Shown here in pieces: positions 1 through 7,137 of a stretch of 36,410 nt of DNA. The notes below the pieces were generated by a model. That model did no database searches. It was not told where the DNA came from and was given only the letters and a program-made list of their open reading frames with translations. The stretch spans positions 1 through 36,410 of the forward strand of contig JBBAPZ010000027.1 of the NCBI GenBank assembly GCA_040400605.1, in the 5' to 3' direction. Made by a program: the position numbers and the translations under genes. Within the stretch, counting starts at the first letter, position 1, and each line of letters starts with the position of its first letter. The stretch is from Candidatus Sericytochromatia bacterium. Its GTDB lineage: Bacteria; Cyanobacteriota; Sericytochromatia; S15B-MN24; JAQBPE01.

Positions 1-55
1 CTACGCAACTACATGGTTGACCAGTTCGACGAGCCGTTAGAGGTTGGGCGGTGCT
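1..55 (+). repeat. Terminal overlap identical to 36356..36410
   Basis: Exact 55-nt match ctacgcaact...gggcggtgct at both ends. Confidence 0.97.
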
Positions 56-531
56 ACGGGGGCCATTTGTGCGGCCAGCAAACTAGGGCCCAGGTGTTCT
101 ATGTTGACGCGATTTTACGCGACCGGTGGGTAATGCGGCACGTCGATACAACGCAGCCAAAAACCGAAGGTGTTCCAGCGTTCACGGGCCAACGCGTAGT
201 GCTAACGAATCTAATGGCCGGTTTGTATTCGTTCATTCGCTTGGATGACCAATACAGGGAGGTTACCGAAATTGCGGAACCGGCCAAATCAAAGCGTGTC
301 GCCAATATGCGCCGTGGGTTGGAACAAATCGCCAAGGATGCGGCACGGATCCGACAGAAACAAACGCGTTTAATCCAGGAGGTTGCCTTGGCGCTCGAGG
401 GAGCCGCCGCACCCGATGATGTTGGGGACATGGCCGCCGCGTTTGTTCGAGACGATGAAAGCCACATCACGATTGAACAAATGGTGGAGTTGTACAGCGA
501 TTCGCTTTACCGGCGGGAAACCGAGTCGTAA
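13..531 (+). CDS. Hypothetical early protein; true start probably ATG 36347 across the circular junction (MGKLRNYMVDQF...)
   Basis: GGAGG at 36334-36338 precedes ATG 36347, in frame with this ORF after circularisation. Confidence 0.75.
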   Translation: MVDQFDEPLEVGRCYGGHLCGQQTRAQVFYVDAILRDRWVMRHVDTTQPKTEGVPAFTGQRVVLTNLMAGLYSFIRLDDQYREVTEIAEPAKSKRVANMRRGLEQIAKDAARIRQKQTRLIQEVALALEGAAAPDDVGDMAAAFVRDDESHITIEQMVELYSDSLYRRETES

Positions 532-538
532 GCGTTTT

Positions 539-618
539 GGATCGGCGGCGTGGTGGGACACGCATAGGCACTATGCCCTCTAACGGGTTGCCAGCAGGTT
601 CGAATCCTGCCCTATCCT
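539..618 (+). ncRNA. tRNA-like element (pseudo-tRNA)
   Basis: Acceptor GGATCGG/CCTATCC (1 mismatch), D arm GCGT-GGTGGGAC-ACGC, perfect T arm GCAGG-TTCGAAT-CCTGC; irregular anticodon arm; no encoded CCA. Confidence 0.65.
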
Positions 619-621
619 TTG

Positions 622-765
622 AGTCACTAGCAATCACGGCAGCGATGCCGTCAAGTGATGCGACGAGACCGATTGCTTATATCGTTGCCATGGCCATGCG
701 TGACTGTAGCGAACGGTGGGTGCGAAGCATGGAGACCGAGGCAGCCGGAGAGACGGCATTTTTTT
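622..765 (+). ncRNA. Candidate structured RNA ending in hairpin plus T-run
   Basis: Nested stems AGTCAC/GTGACT, AGCAATC/GATTGCT, ACGGCA-GCGA-TGCCGT; terminal GCCG-GAGAGA-CGGC then T7. Confidence 0.45.
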
Positions 766-804
766 GTGGCGAACGTTTTAAACACTGTTTTGGAGGAACA
801 GCAA

Positions 805-1167
805 ATGGCCAAGCGTGCACGGAGGCCAACTACTAATACGCGTGCGTTAATAGCCGCGTTGACCGGCAAAAAATCCCATAAGTATGGCGCGAAGCCAACG
901 ATGGTGGACGGGCGGCGGTTTTCTTCAAAACGTGAGGCCCGCCGGTACTCCGAGTTAAAGCTAGCCGAACAGGCTGGCAAGATTGAAAACCTACGGTGCC
1001 AGGTGCGTTACCGATTGGTTCAGGTGGTTCACTATGTAGCCGATTTCGTTTATTGCGAAAACGGCAACGAGGTTGTTGAGGACGTTAAAGGGTATCGCAC
1101 CCGCGAGTATAAGGCCAAGAAAAAACAAATGGCCGACCAACTAGGGATCGAGATTAGGGAAGTTTAG
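805..1167 (+). CDS. DUF1064 family protein (PD-(D/E)xK nuclease-like)
   Basis: KYGAKPTMVDGRRFSSKREARRY...YVADFVY...VVEDVKG; GGAGG at 792-796 supports start 805. Confidence 0.85.
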   Translation: MAKRARRPTTNTRALIAALTGKKSHKYGAKPTMVDGRRFSSKREARRYSELKLAEQAGKIENLRCQVRYRLVQVVHYVADFVYCENGNEVVEDVKGYRTREYKAKKKQMADQLGIEIREV

Positions 1168-1181
1168 GAGGGGCCGCAACC

Positions 1182-2147
1182 ATGGAACAGTTGCGTTTTG
1201 ATTGGGGGGAATCGGCGGAAGTCGAACGCGCAGCCGAAACGGCGATTAGGGCACAACGTGCCAAAGCGTGTGAGGCCGCAGCCGTGGCACTCGGTGCTAG
1301 GCCAGGGGAAGTGTTATACCGGGTTGCAGGAACTTTGGCCGTGTGGGTCGATAGCCCGAGCCAACGCGCTCGAGGACTAACGGGATTGCGTTGGGCCGGG
1401 ACTTGGGCCGAGTTGGCCGCCAAGATCGAATGCAGCGCCGAGAGCGTTGGCCGTGCGGTTCGGCGATTGCGTGCCGCTGGGTTGGTTGAAACCGACACCG
1501 TGGTCGATGATCGCGGCGCGGTGGTCGGTGTGTGTGTCGAGTTGCAAATGCGGGTCGTGCAACAATTGGCAAACCCGGCTAACCCCCCCGTCACCGGCCC
1601 CAGCGCCGGCCCCAGCGCCGGCCCCGACGTTGGCCCCGGCGCCGGCCCCAGCGCCAAACGGCCACACTATATTTCCGATTTACCGTTGAAACCGAAAGAT
1701 CCGCCACCCCGTGCGGCGGCGGCGGAAATTGCAAATTTACAAACCAAACAGCCAGAGCAATGGGGTGAAGTTCGGCGAGCGCTCGAAAGTGCCGGGGTGA
1801 GTCGCAGCCAAGCCGCGATTGTGGCCGCTAGGGACGCAGGATACAGCCCCGCCGACGTGTTTGAGATACTCGGGCAGTTTACCCAACACCGTGCGGTATT
1901 CGACGGCCCAGGGGCGTTAGTGGATCGAATCCGAAACGGTGCGTGGCCCGTCGAATTGCCAAACCCCGAGGTTGACGCACGCAGGGCCGCAGCGTTCGAC
2001 CGAGCCAAACGCCAACAAAGGTTTGAAGCGATACGCGGAAAAATTGTGTTGGACGCACGCCGACGCGGGGAAACAATCACCGACACACAGGCCGACGCGT
2101 TGGCAAACGCCGCGTTGGATCGCCAAGAAAACCGGCTGGGTTGCTAG
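1182..2147 (+). CDS. Putative replication initiator with winged HTH
   Basis: WAELAAKIECSAESVGRAVRRLRAAGLV HTH followed by a linker carrying tandem DNA repeats (lambda O-like layout); AGGAGG RBS. Confidence 0.65.
   Translation: MEQLRFDWGESAEVERAAETAIRAQRAKACEAAAVALGARPGEVLYRVAGTLAVWVDSPSQRARGLTGLRWAGTWAELAAKIECSAESVGRAVRRLRAAGLVETDTVVDDRGAVVGVCVELQMRVVQQLANPANPPVTGPSAGPSAGPDVGPGAGPSAKRPHYISDLPLKPKDPPPRAAAAEIANLQTKQPEQWGEVRRALESAGVSRSQAAIVAARDAGYSPADVFEILGQFTQHRAVFDGPGALVDRIRNGAWPVELPNPEVDARRAAAFDRAKRQQRFEAIRGKIVLDARRRGETITDTQADALANAALDRQENRLGC
1594..1653 (+). repeat. Five tandem 12-bp repeats (CCGGCCCCAGCG consensus), putative iterons
   Basis: Units at 1594, 1606, 1618, 1630, 1642, followed by an AT-richer stretch. 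Confidence 0.8.
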
Positions 2148-2167
2148 CGCATTAAATGGGGCAAGCT

Positions 2168-2347
2168 ATGGAAATGTTTTGGTTCGGTTGTTTTGCTGGT
2201 GTGGGTTGGTGCCTAGGGTTCTTCCTTGTTAGTTGGATCGACCTTGTTTTTTCAGTGGTCGCCTATGAACGCCTAGATTTTTGCAAGGTGGTTTACGTCG
2301 CGTTAACCATCGGTGTTTTGCTTATTCATTTTCTTATGGGGGGTTAA
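2168..2347 (+). CDS. Small membrane protein (2 hydrophobic segments)
   Basis: Hydrophobic ORF filling the operon gap. Confidence 0.6.
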   Translation: MEMFWFGCFAGVGWCLGFFLVSWIDLVFSVVAYERLDFCKVVYVALTIGVLLIHFLMGG

Positions 2348-2349
2348 AA

Positions 2350-2481
2350 ATGAGTTGGATTATGAACGGTTGGTGGTTCTACATTGGTTTGTCAGTTGGT
2401 TTAGCCGTTGGAGTGTCAGCGGTGTTATTCGCCGTTTCTATGGTTTCAACTGTTGATAGGATCGCAAACAAGGATGTTTAA
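2350..2481 (+). CDS. Small single-pass membrane protein
   Basis: WWFYIGLSVGLAVGVSAVLFAV; closely coupled to neighbouring genes. Confidence 0.55.
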   Translation: MSWIMNGWWFYIGLSVGLAVGVSAVLFAVSMVSTVDRIANKDV

Positions 2482-2908
2482 AACCACGCGGTTTACTGAC
2501 CTACTAGGCGCGTTTTTGTTTGGTTTGGCGTGTTGTTTACTGATTTGGCAATACGAATTAAACCGAATACCACCAGAACCGCCCGACCAACAGGCCGAAC
2601 AAGTTGACGACGACAGCGGGTTGGGTTCGCGCTCGAGCGATTGGCCAAGAGTCCGAGCCGAGTTTGTAGCCGAATTTCCAGCGTGTGCCGCGTGTGGAAC
2701 CACGGCCACGTTAAACGTGCACCACGTCAAACCGTTTTGGATACACCCCGAGTTGGAGTTGGAGAAATCCAACCTAATCACGTTATGCCGTGTGCACCAC
2801 TTTACGTTGGGGCATGACCCCGACGGCCTAGCTGGGCCACAGAAACCAGATTGGAAGAAATCGAACGCAAACGTTCGCCGCGATGCCGCCAGGTTTTCAA
2901 GACGATGA
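2474..2908 (+). CDS. HNH endonuclease with N-terminal hydrophobic anchor
   Basis: CAACG...LNVHHVKPF...SNLITLCRVHH; N-terminal LLGAFLFGLACCLLIW. Confidence 0.8.
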   Translation: MFKTTRFTDLLGAFLFGLACCLLIWQYELNRIPPEPPDQQAEQVDDDSGLGSRSSDWPRVRAEFVAEFPACAACGTTATLNVHHVKPFWIHPELELEKSNLITLCRVHHFTLGHDPDGLAGPQKPDWKKSNANVRRDAARFSRR

Positions 2909-3174
2909 AACGAACAGCAACCAAACGATTGAAACCAGGGCCAAAGCGGTTGGATAAAACCACCGCGGAAATAATCGGTCTATCGACCATGCCCGCCAAT
3001 AAATTGGCATTTACCTACAACGTTTGCCTAGCAACCGTTTACCGGTGCCGTATCAAGTACCGACAGGAAAACAAAAACGGGATCGCATCGAAAAAACAAC
3101 CGGGACGGTGCGCAAGGTGCCGCCGAAAAATTGTGACCGCAGAGTGTTTGGCGTGTAAGGTGGAACGTGGATAA
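2905..3174 (+). CDS. HTH plus CxxC-CxxC zinc-ribbon protein
   Basis: ANKLAFTYNVCLATVYRCR; CARC...CLAC; ATGA overlap with HNH stop. Confidence 0.6.
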   Translation: MKRTATKRLKPGPKRLDKTTAEIIGLSTMPANKLAFTYNVCLATVYRCRIKYRQENKNGIASKKQPGRCARCRRKIVTAECLACKVERG

Positions 3175-4408
3175 AGGACAACGCTACCAATTGTTCCTGG
3201 GAGATTGCGCAGAGCAATTAAAGCAGTTAGAAACGGCCAGCGTGGAGGCGGTGGTTACGGATCCACCATACGGTTTGCAATTCATGGGGAAAACATGGGA
3301 TAAAGCGGTGCCAGGTGTGGAAGTTTGGGCCGAGTGTTTCCGCGTTTTGAAACCGGGTGGGTATTTGTTAGCGTTTGCAGGAACACGCACGCAACACCGA
3401 ATGGCCGTGGCAATCGAGGACGCAGGGTTCGAAATACGTGATTTGATATTTTGGTGTTATGGTTCGGGTTACCCGAAAGCGTTGGACGTATCAAAGGCAA
3501 TCGACGGGTTGGACGCGACCGAGGCCCAGCACCAACGGCGTTTGGAGTTTACCGCGTGGGTTCGTTCGCAGGGCGTAACCGCTAAACAAATTGACAACGC
3601 AACGGGAACGGCCATGGGTGGCCACTACGTTAGCGCAAGAAGCCAACCGGCGATTATGACCATAGAACATTTAGAACAATGCCGCCATTTGTTCGCCGAC
3701 GTTCCGCAATGGGTGCAGGCCGCAGCCGAGCAACGCAGCGTGGAGTCGAAAAACTTAGCCTTTCGGGAAATCGTCGGTACGTGTAGAGTCCATGATTTAA
3801 AAAGCGACCGACCCGTTGCAATTAAAGCACAAGGAAAACAAAAAACGAGCCACAAAACGATACCGATTACCAAGCCAAAAACAAAAGAGGCGGAAAAATG
3901 GGCCGGTTGGCACACAGCAATAAAACCAGCTAGTGAACCTATCACAATGGCCCGCAAACCGTTTAGCGGTACGGTTGCCGACAACGTGTTAAAGCACGGA
4001 ACAGGAGCCTTAAACGTGGAAGCGTGCAAGGTAAAAAACGGCGGTTGGCCGTCGAATGTTTGCCACGATGGTACACCTGAGGTAACGCAAGCGTTACGTG
4101 ATTCGGCAAGGTTTTTCTATACAGCCAAGCCAACCCAATCTTAACGCAATAAATTTTGTGAAAACCAACACCCAACGGTTAAACCCGTGGCGCTAATGCG
4201 TTGGTTGTGTCGTTTGGTAACGCAACCCGGGGGCGTTGTGTTGGATCCGTTCATGGGATCGGGAACAACAGGCCGGGCCGCGTTGATCGAGGGTTTTAGG
4301 TTTATTGGGATCGAACGCGAACGCGAATACATGGAAATCGCTAAAACAAAAATTACACAAACCGCAAAACATTTGGCCGAACATGGCCGCCAATTGGAGT
4401 TGTTTTAA
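3167..4408 (+). pseudogene. N4/N6 DNA methyltransferase (beta motif order) interrupted by in-frame TAA at 4142-4144
   Basis: DPPY near the N-terminus; HPTVKP and DPFMGSGTT lie after the stop in the same frame. Confidence 0.88.
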
Positions 4409-4552
4409 ATGCAAGAAAAAGAGGGCGAACCCTTTCGCGAGTTGCTAAAAATAGCGTGGCCCGTGCCACTTGGTTTGCTTGGTGTAATAACAAAAGCATT
4501 AACCAGAGAATACGGGCAAAACGTGGTAATGATGAAAACGGGCAATTTTTAA
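4409..4552 (+). CDS. Small hypothetical protein (47 aa, MQEKEGEPF...)
   Basis: ATG directly after the methyltransferase stop; fills the gap; not in the ORF track. Confidence 0.4.
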   Translation: MQEKEGEPFRELLKIAWPVPLGLLGVITKALTREYGQNVVMMKTGNF

Positions 4553-4585
4553 TTTTCAGATTGTTGGAAAAACCGAGGGGAAAAA

Positions 4586-4915
4586 ATGGCCAAAAGAGCG
4601 ACTAAACGCGGCGTGCATGGAATGCCAAGCGACCGAAAACCCAAACCGAAAATACCGGGACGGTTGTTAATACTTGGGCGTTGTGGCACGTGCAAGTATT
4701 GGATCGACGCCGACAAATTGGAACACATGGAACCACACAAGCCACAAGACGCGTTTAACGCAATGCGCCGCGAGTGCTGGGCCCCAAACCCAAACGTCGT
4801 GTTGCCACAACGCAGGGTGCAAACCGGGCCGTTCGATTTGTGCCGGGATTGGGAGTACAAGGAATCGCCCGAGGTTGTTGAAGATTACAAAGACCGACCG
4901 TTTGGAAGCAAGTAA
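4586..4915 (+). CDS. Cys-rich hypothetical protein
   Basis: CGTCKYW...ECW...LCRDWE; GAGGGG RBS. Confidence 0.65.
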   Translation: MAKRATKRGVHGMPSDRKPKPKIPGRLLILGRCGTCKYWIDADKLEHMEPHKPQDAFNAMRRECWAPNPNVVLPQRRVQTGPFDLCRDWEYKESPEVVEDYKDRPFGSK

Positions 4916-4934
4916 CAAACAAGGATTAAACAGT

Positions 4935-5303
4935 ATGAACAAGTCGCCGAAAGAGGTAGAGGACGCACAAACTCGAATTCGACGGTACAAAAGCGGGCGA
5001 ACAATAAAAGAGGTTTATGGCCCCCTAGGGAATCGGGATTTTTACATTGACGATTGCCTACTCGTTGCCAATTTTTACTCATGTACCGCAGACCAAATCG
5101 ACGCGGAACGATACCGATGGTTGCGAGCACAGCACCACCTCGAATCGACCATGTGCGTAGTTCTAAAACCTCGTGAATCGGTGAAAACTCTCAGTATTTG
5201 CCCGAGTATGGAAAGCCTAGATGAATACATCGATAGAGCGATGAAAGAGCAATCCGACCGCCAACAGAATTGCGCCAAAATTGCGCCAGAATTGCGCCGT
5301 TAA
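4935..5303 (+). CDS. Hypothetical protein with DAERYRWLR motif (Ead/Ea22-like C-terminus)
   Basis: Motif common in phage accessory proteins; AAGGA RBS. Confidence 0.6.
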   Translation: MNKSPKEVEDAQTRIRRYKSGRTIKEVYGPLGNRDFYIDDCLLVANFYSCTADQIDAERYRWLRAQHHLESTMCVVLKPRESVKTLSICPSMESLDEYIDRAMKEQSDRQQNCAKIAPELRR

Positions 5304-5321
5304 CTCGGTTTTGGCGCAATT
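5268..5321. promoter_or_regulatory. AATTGCGCC x3 direct (11-bp period) plus one inverted copy upstream of the structural operon
   Basis: Copies at 5268, 5279, 5290; GGCGCAATT at 5313; TAAACT -10-like at 5356. Confidence 0.6.
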
Positions 5322-5370
5322 CCAAAACCAGCTAGGACAACGCCGGTAGCGTGCCTAAACTCGGGAAATC

Positions 5371-5634
5371 ATGGCGACACTAGCAGACCTACAAACGAAA
5401 ACCGATGCCGCAATTGCGGCGTTTGAGGCGGGGAACTACAAAACCGCCGCGACGTTGGCCAATTCCGCGTTGCTAATTATCGCGACCACGCCCGACACGC
5501 AATTTGACGGTGGCGACCAAATCCGATTTGACCGAGTTGGGGCGACCATGGCGTTAAAGGAAGTGATAAAGGCGTGCAACGCCAAGCGTTGGGCCGGTGG
5601 ATCCAATCAACCAATCGAGTACCGCAGGGGATAG
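5371..5634 (+). CDS. Putative head-tail joining protein (gpW-like position)
   Basis: Small helical ORF immediately before a lambda-type portal. Confidence 0.55.
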   Translation: MATLADLQTKTDAAIAAFEAGNYKTAATLANSALLIIATTPDTQFDGGDQIRFDRVGATMALKEVIKACNAKRWAGGSNQPIEYRRG

Positions 5635-5635
5635 C

Positions 5636-7132
5636 ATGGCCGACCAACAACCGTGGGGCGTGTGGGAAGTTATTGCAGCCCAACCGGATCGCCGAACTAA
5701 TCGCCATTGGGAAGCCGCACAGACCGACCGGTTAAACTGGGCCCATTGGCAAAACGCTAGCGATGATCCGTTGCAAGATTTGCGAACCGATTTGGTCGAG
5801 TTGCACCGCCGCGTTCGGCATGAATCGATTAACAACGCGGTTTTGGATGCCGCGATTGAAACGCAGCAAACCAACGTGGTTAGCGCACGCGGGCCAGCGT
5901 TGCAAGTGTTGACGGACAACAACGCATTTAACGAAACCGTCGAGGCGATGTTTGCCAATTGGGGCCAAACGTGCGAATTTCAAGACAATCTAGCGTTGGT
6001 GGATTTGCTAGACGGTTGGGTCGCGCAATGGATGATTTACGGCGAAATTTTCGCCCGCGAAATTATTGGCCCGAGCATTTCCGAATACAAAATTTTCGAC
6101 CTAGGCCCCGAGGCCCTAGACACAACATTGCACGCGGCCAACGTGCACAGCGGCGTGGAAACAGACACTAACGGACGGGTGACGCATTACCGCATTTTTG
6201 ACCCGGCAAACCCTACGATAAAAGACCGACTACCGGCTAGCATGTGTTTGCACTACTACCGGCGACGGTTCGCGATGCAGCGCCGTGGGTTTCCGGGTTT
6301 CGCGAGCGTGTTACAGCCCGCCGCCGATTTGCGCGACTATGACGACCAGGTGCAAGACGCAGCCCGAGCCGCAGCCGACCACGCGGTGTTTTTCTACACG
6401 GAACACCCCGACGCCGAGTTTGCCGAACCGGCCAGCACAACGCAAAAAATCCAAAGGCGTGTTCAAAAATACATTGCCCCAGGTTGGAAACCAAGCGGCA
6501 TCCAAGCACACCAACCCGCAGCGACCTACCGCGAGTTTCGAAAGGAAAAACAAACCGATATTGCCAACGTGTTGGAAATGCCTTGGATGATCCTAAGAAA
6601 AGACGCGTCCAACCATAACATGAGTTCCGCACGGTTCGACGGTAGCCGATACGCCAAAGCGGTGGAACGGGTGCAAGCCAAACTAGAACGGCGGTTTTTA
6701 ACTCCAATCGTTCGCCGGTTGGTACGGATCGCACAGTACACCGGCGTGCTAGGCCCAACACCCAGGCAACAACGTTTCGACCGGTTAGCGTTCGAGTTCC
6801 CAAACTTGGTTTTGCCAATCGCGTGGACGTGGCCCAAGCCCCCGCCCGTGGACAATCTCAAGGATGCAATGGCCGAACGCATCAAGCTAGAAAACGGGAC
6901 GTTGGCACTATCCGAGGCAATCGCAGCCGACGGGCGGCGACCCGAGGAAACGTTGCGTATTCGCAGCCGGGACAACCAGGCGTTAGCCGACGCTGGTTTG
7001 CCGGTTTTGTTCGGCGCGTTGCCAACGTCATTTACCCCTGAGCAAATCGCCGCGTTAAATCAACTCACAGAACCAATTGACGCGACCCCAACCACACCGG
7101 CAATTGACACACAAACCGAACTAGAGGACTAA
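5636..7132 (+). CDS. Portal protein, lambda family
   Basis: GEIF, HSGVETDTNGRVTHYRI, QRRGFP, NMSSAR, WPKPPPVDNLKDA motifs. Confidence 0.9.
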   Translation: MADQQPWGVWEVIAAQPDRRTNRHWEAAQTDRLNWAHWQNASDDPLQDLRTDLVELHRRVRHESINNAVLDAAIETQQTNVVSARGPALQVLTDNNAFNETVEAMFANWGQTCEFQDNLALVDLLDGWVAQWMIYGEIFAREIIGPSISEYKIFDLGPEALDTTLHAANVHSGVETDTNGRVTHYRIFDPANPTIKDRLPASMCLHYYRRRFAMQRRGFPGFASVLQPAADLRDYDDQVQDAARAAADHAVFFYTEHPDAEFAEPASTTQKIQRRVQKYIAPGWKPSGIQAHQPAATYREFRKEKQTDIANVLEMPWMILRKDASNHNMSSARFDGSRYAKAVERVQAKLERRFLTPIVRRLVRIAQYTGVLGPTPRQQRFDRLAFEFPNLVLPIAWTWPKPPPVDNLKDAMAERIKLENGTLALSEAIAADGRRPEETLRIRSRDNQALADAGLPVLFGALPTSFTPEQIAALNQLTEPIDATPTTPAIDTQTELED

Positions 7133-7137
7133 ACGCC

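Noticed and set aside
1..55. Biological direct terminal repeat
   Set aside because: 55 nt matches a common assembler k-mer overlap and falls inside a gene
655..804. N-terminal extension of DUF1064 shown in the ORF track
   Set aside because: Strong RBS at 792-796 favours ATG 805; the extension overlaps structured RNA
539..4408. Suppressor tRNA rescuing the methyltransferase, or genome-wide stop recoding
   Set aside because: The possible anticodon CUA reads TAG but the internal stop is TAA; TAA, TAG and TGA all end normal genes here
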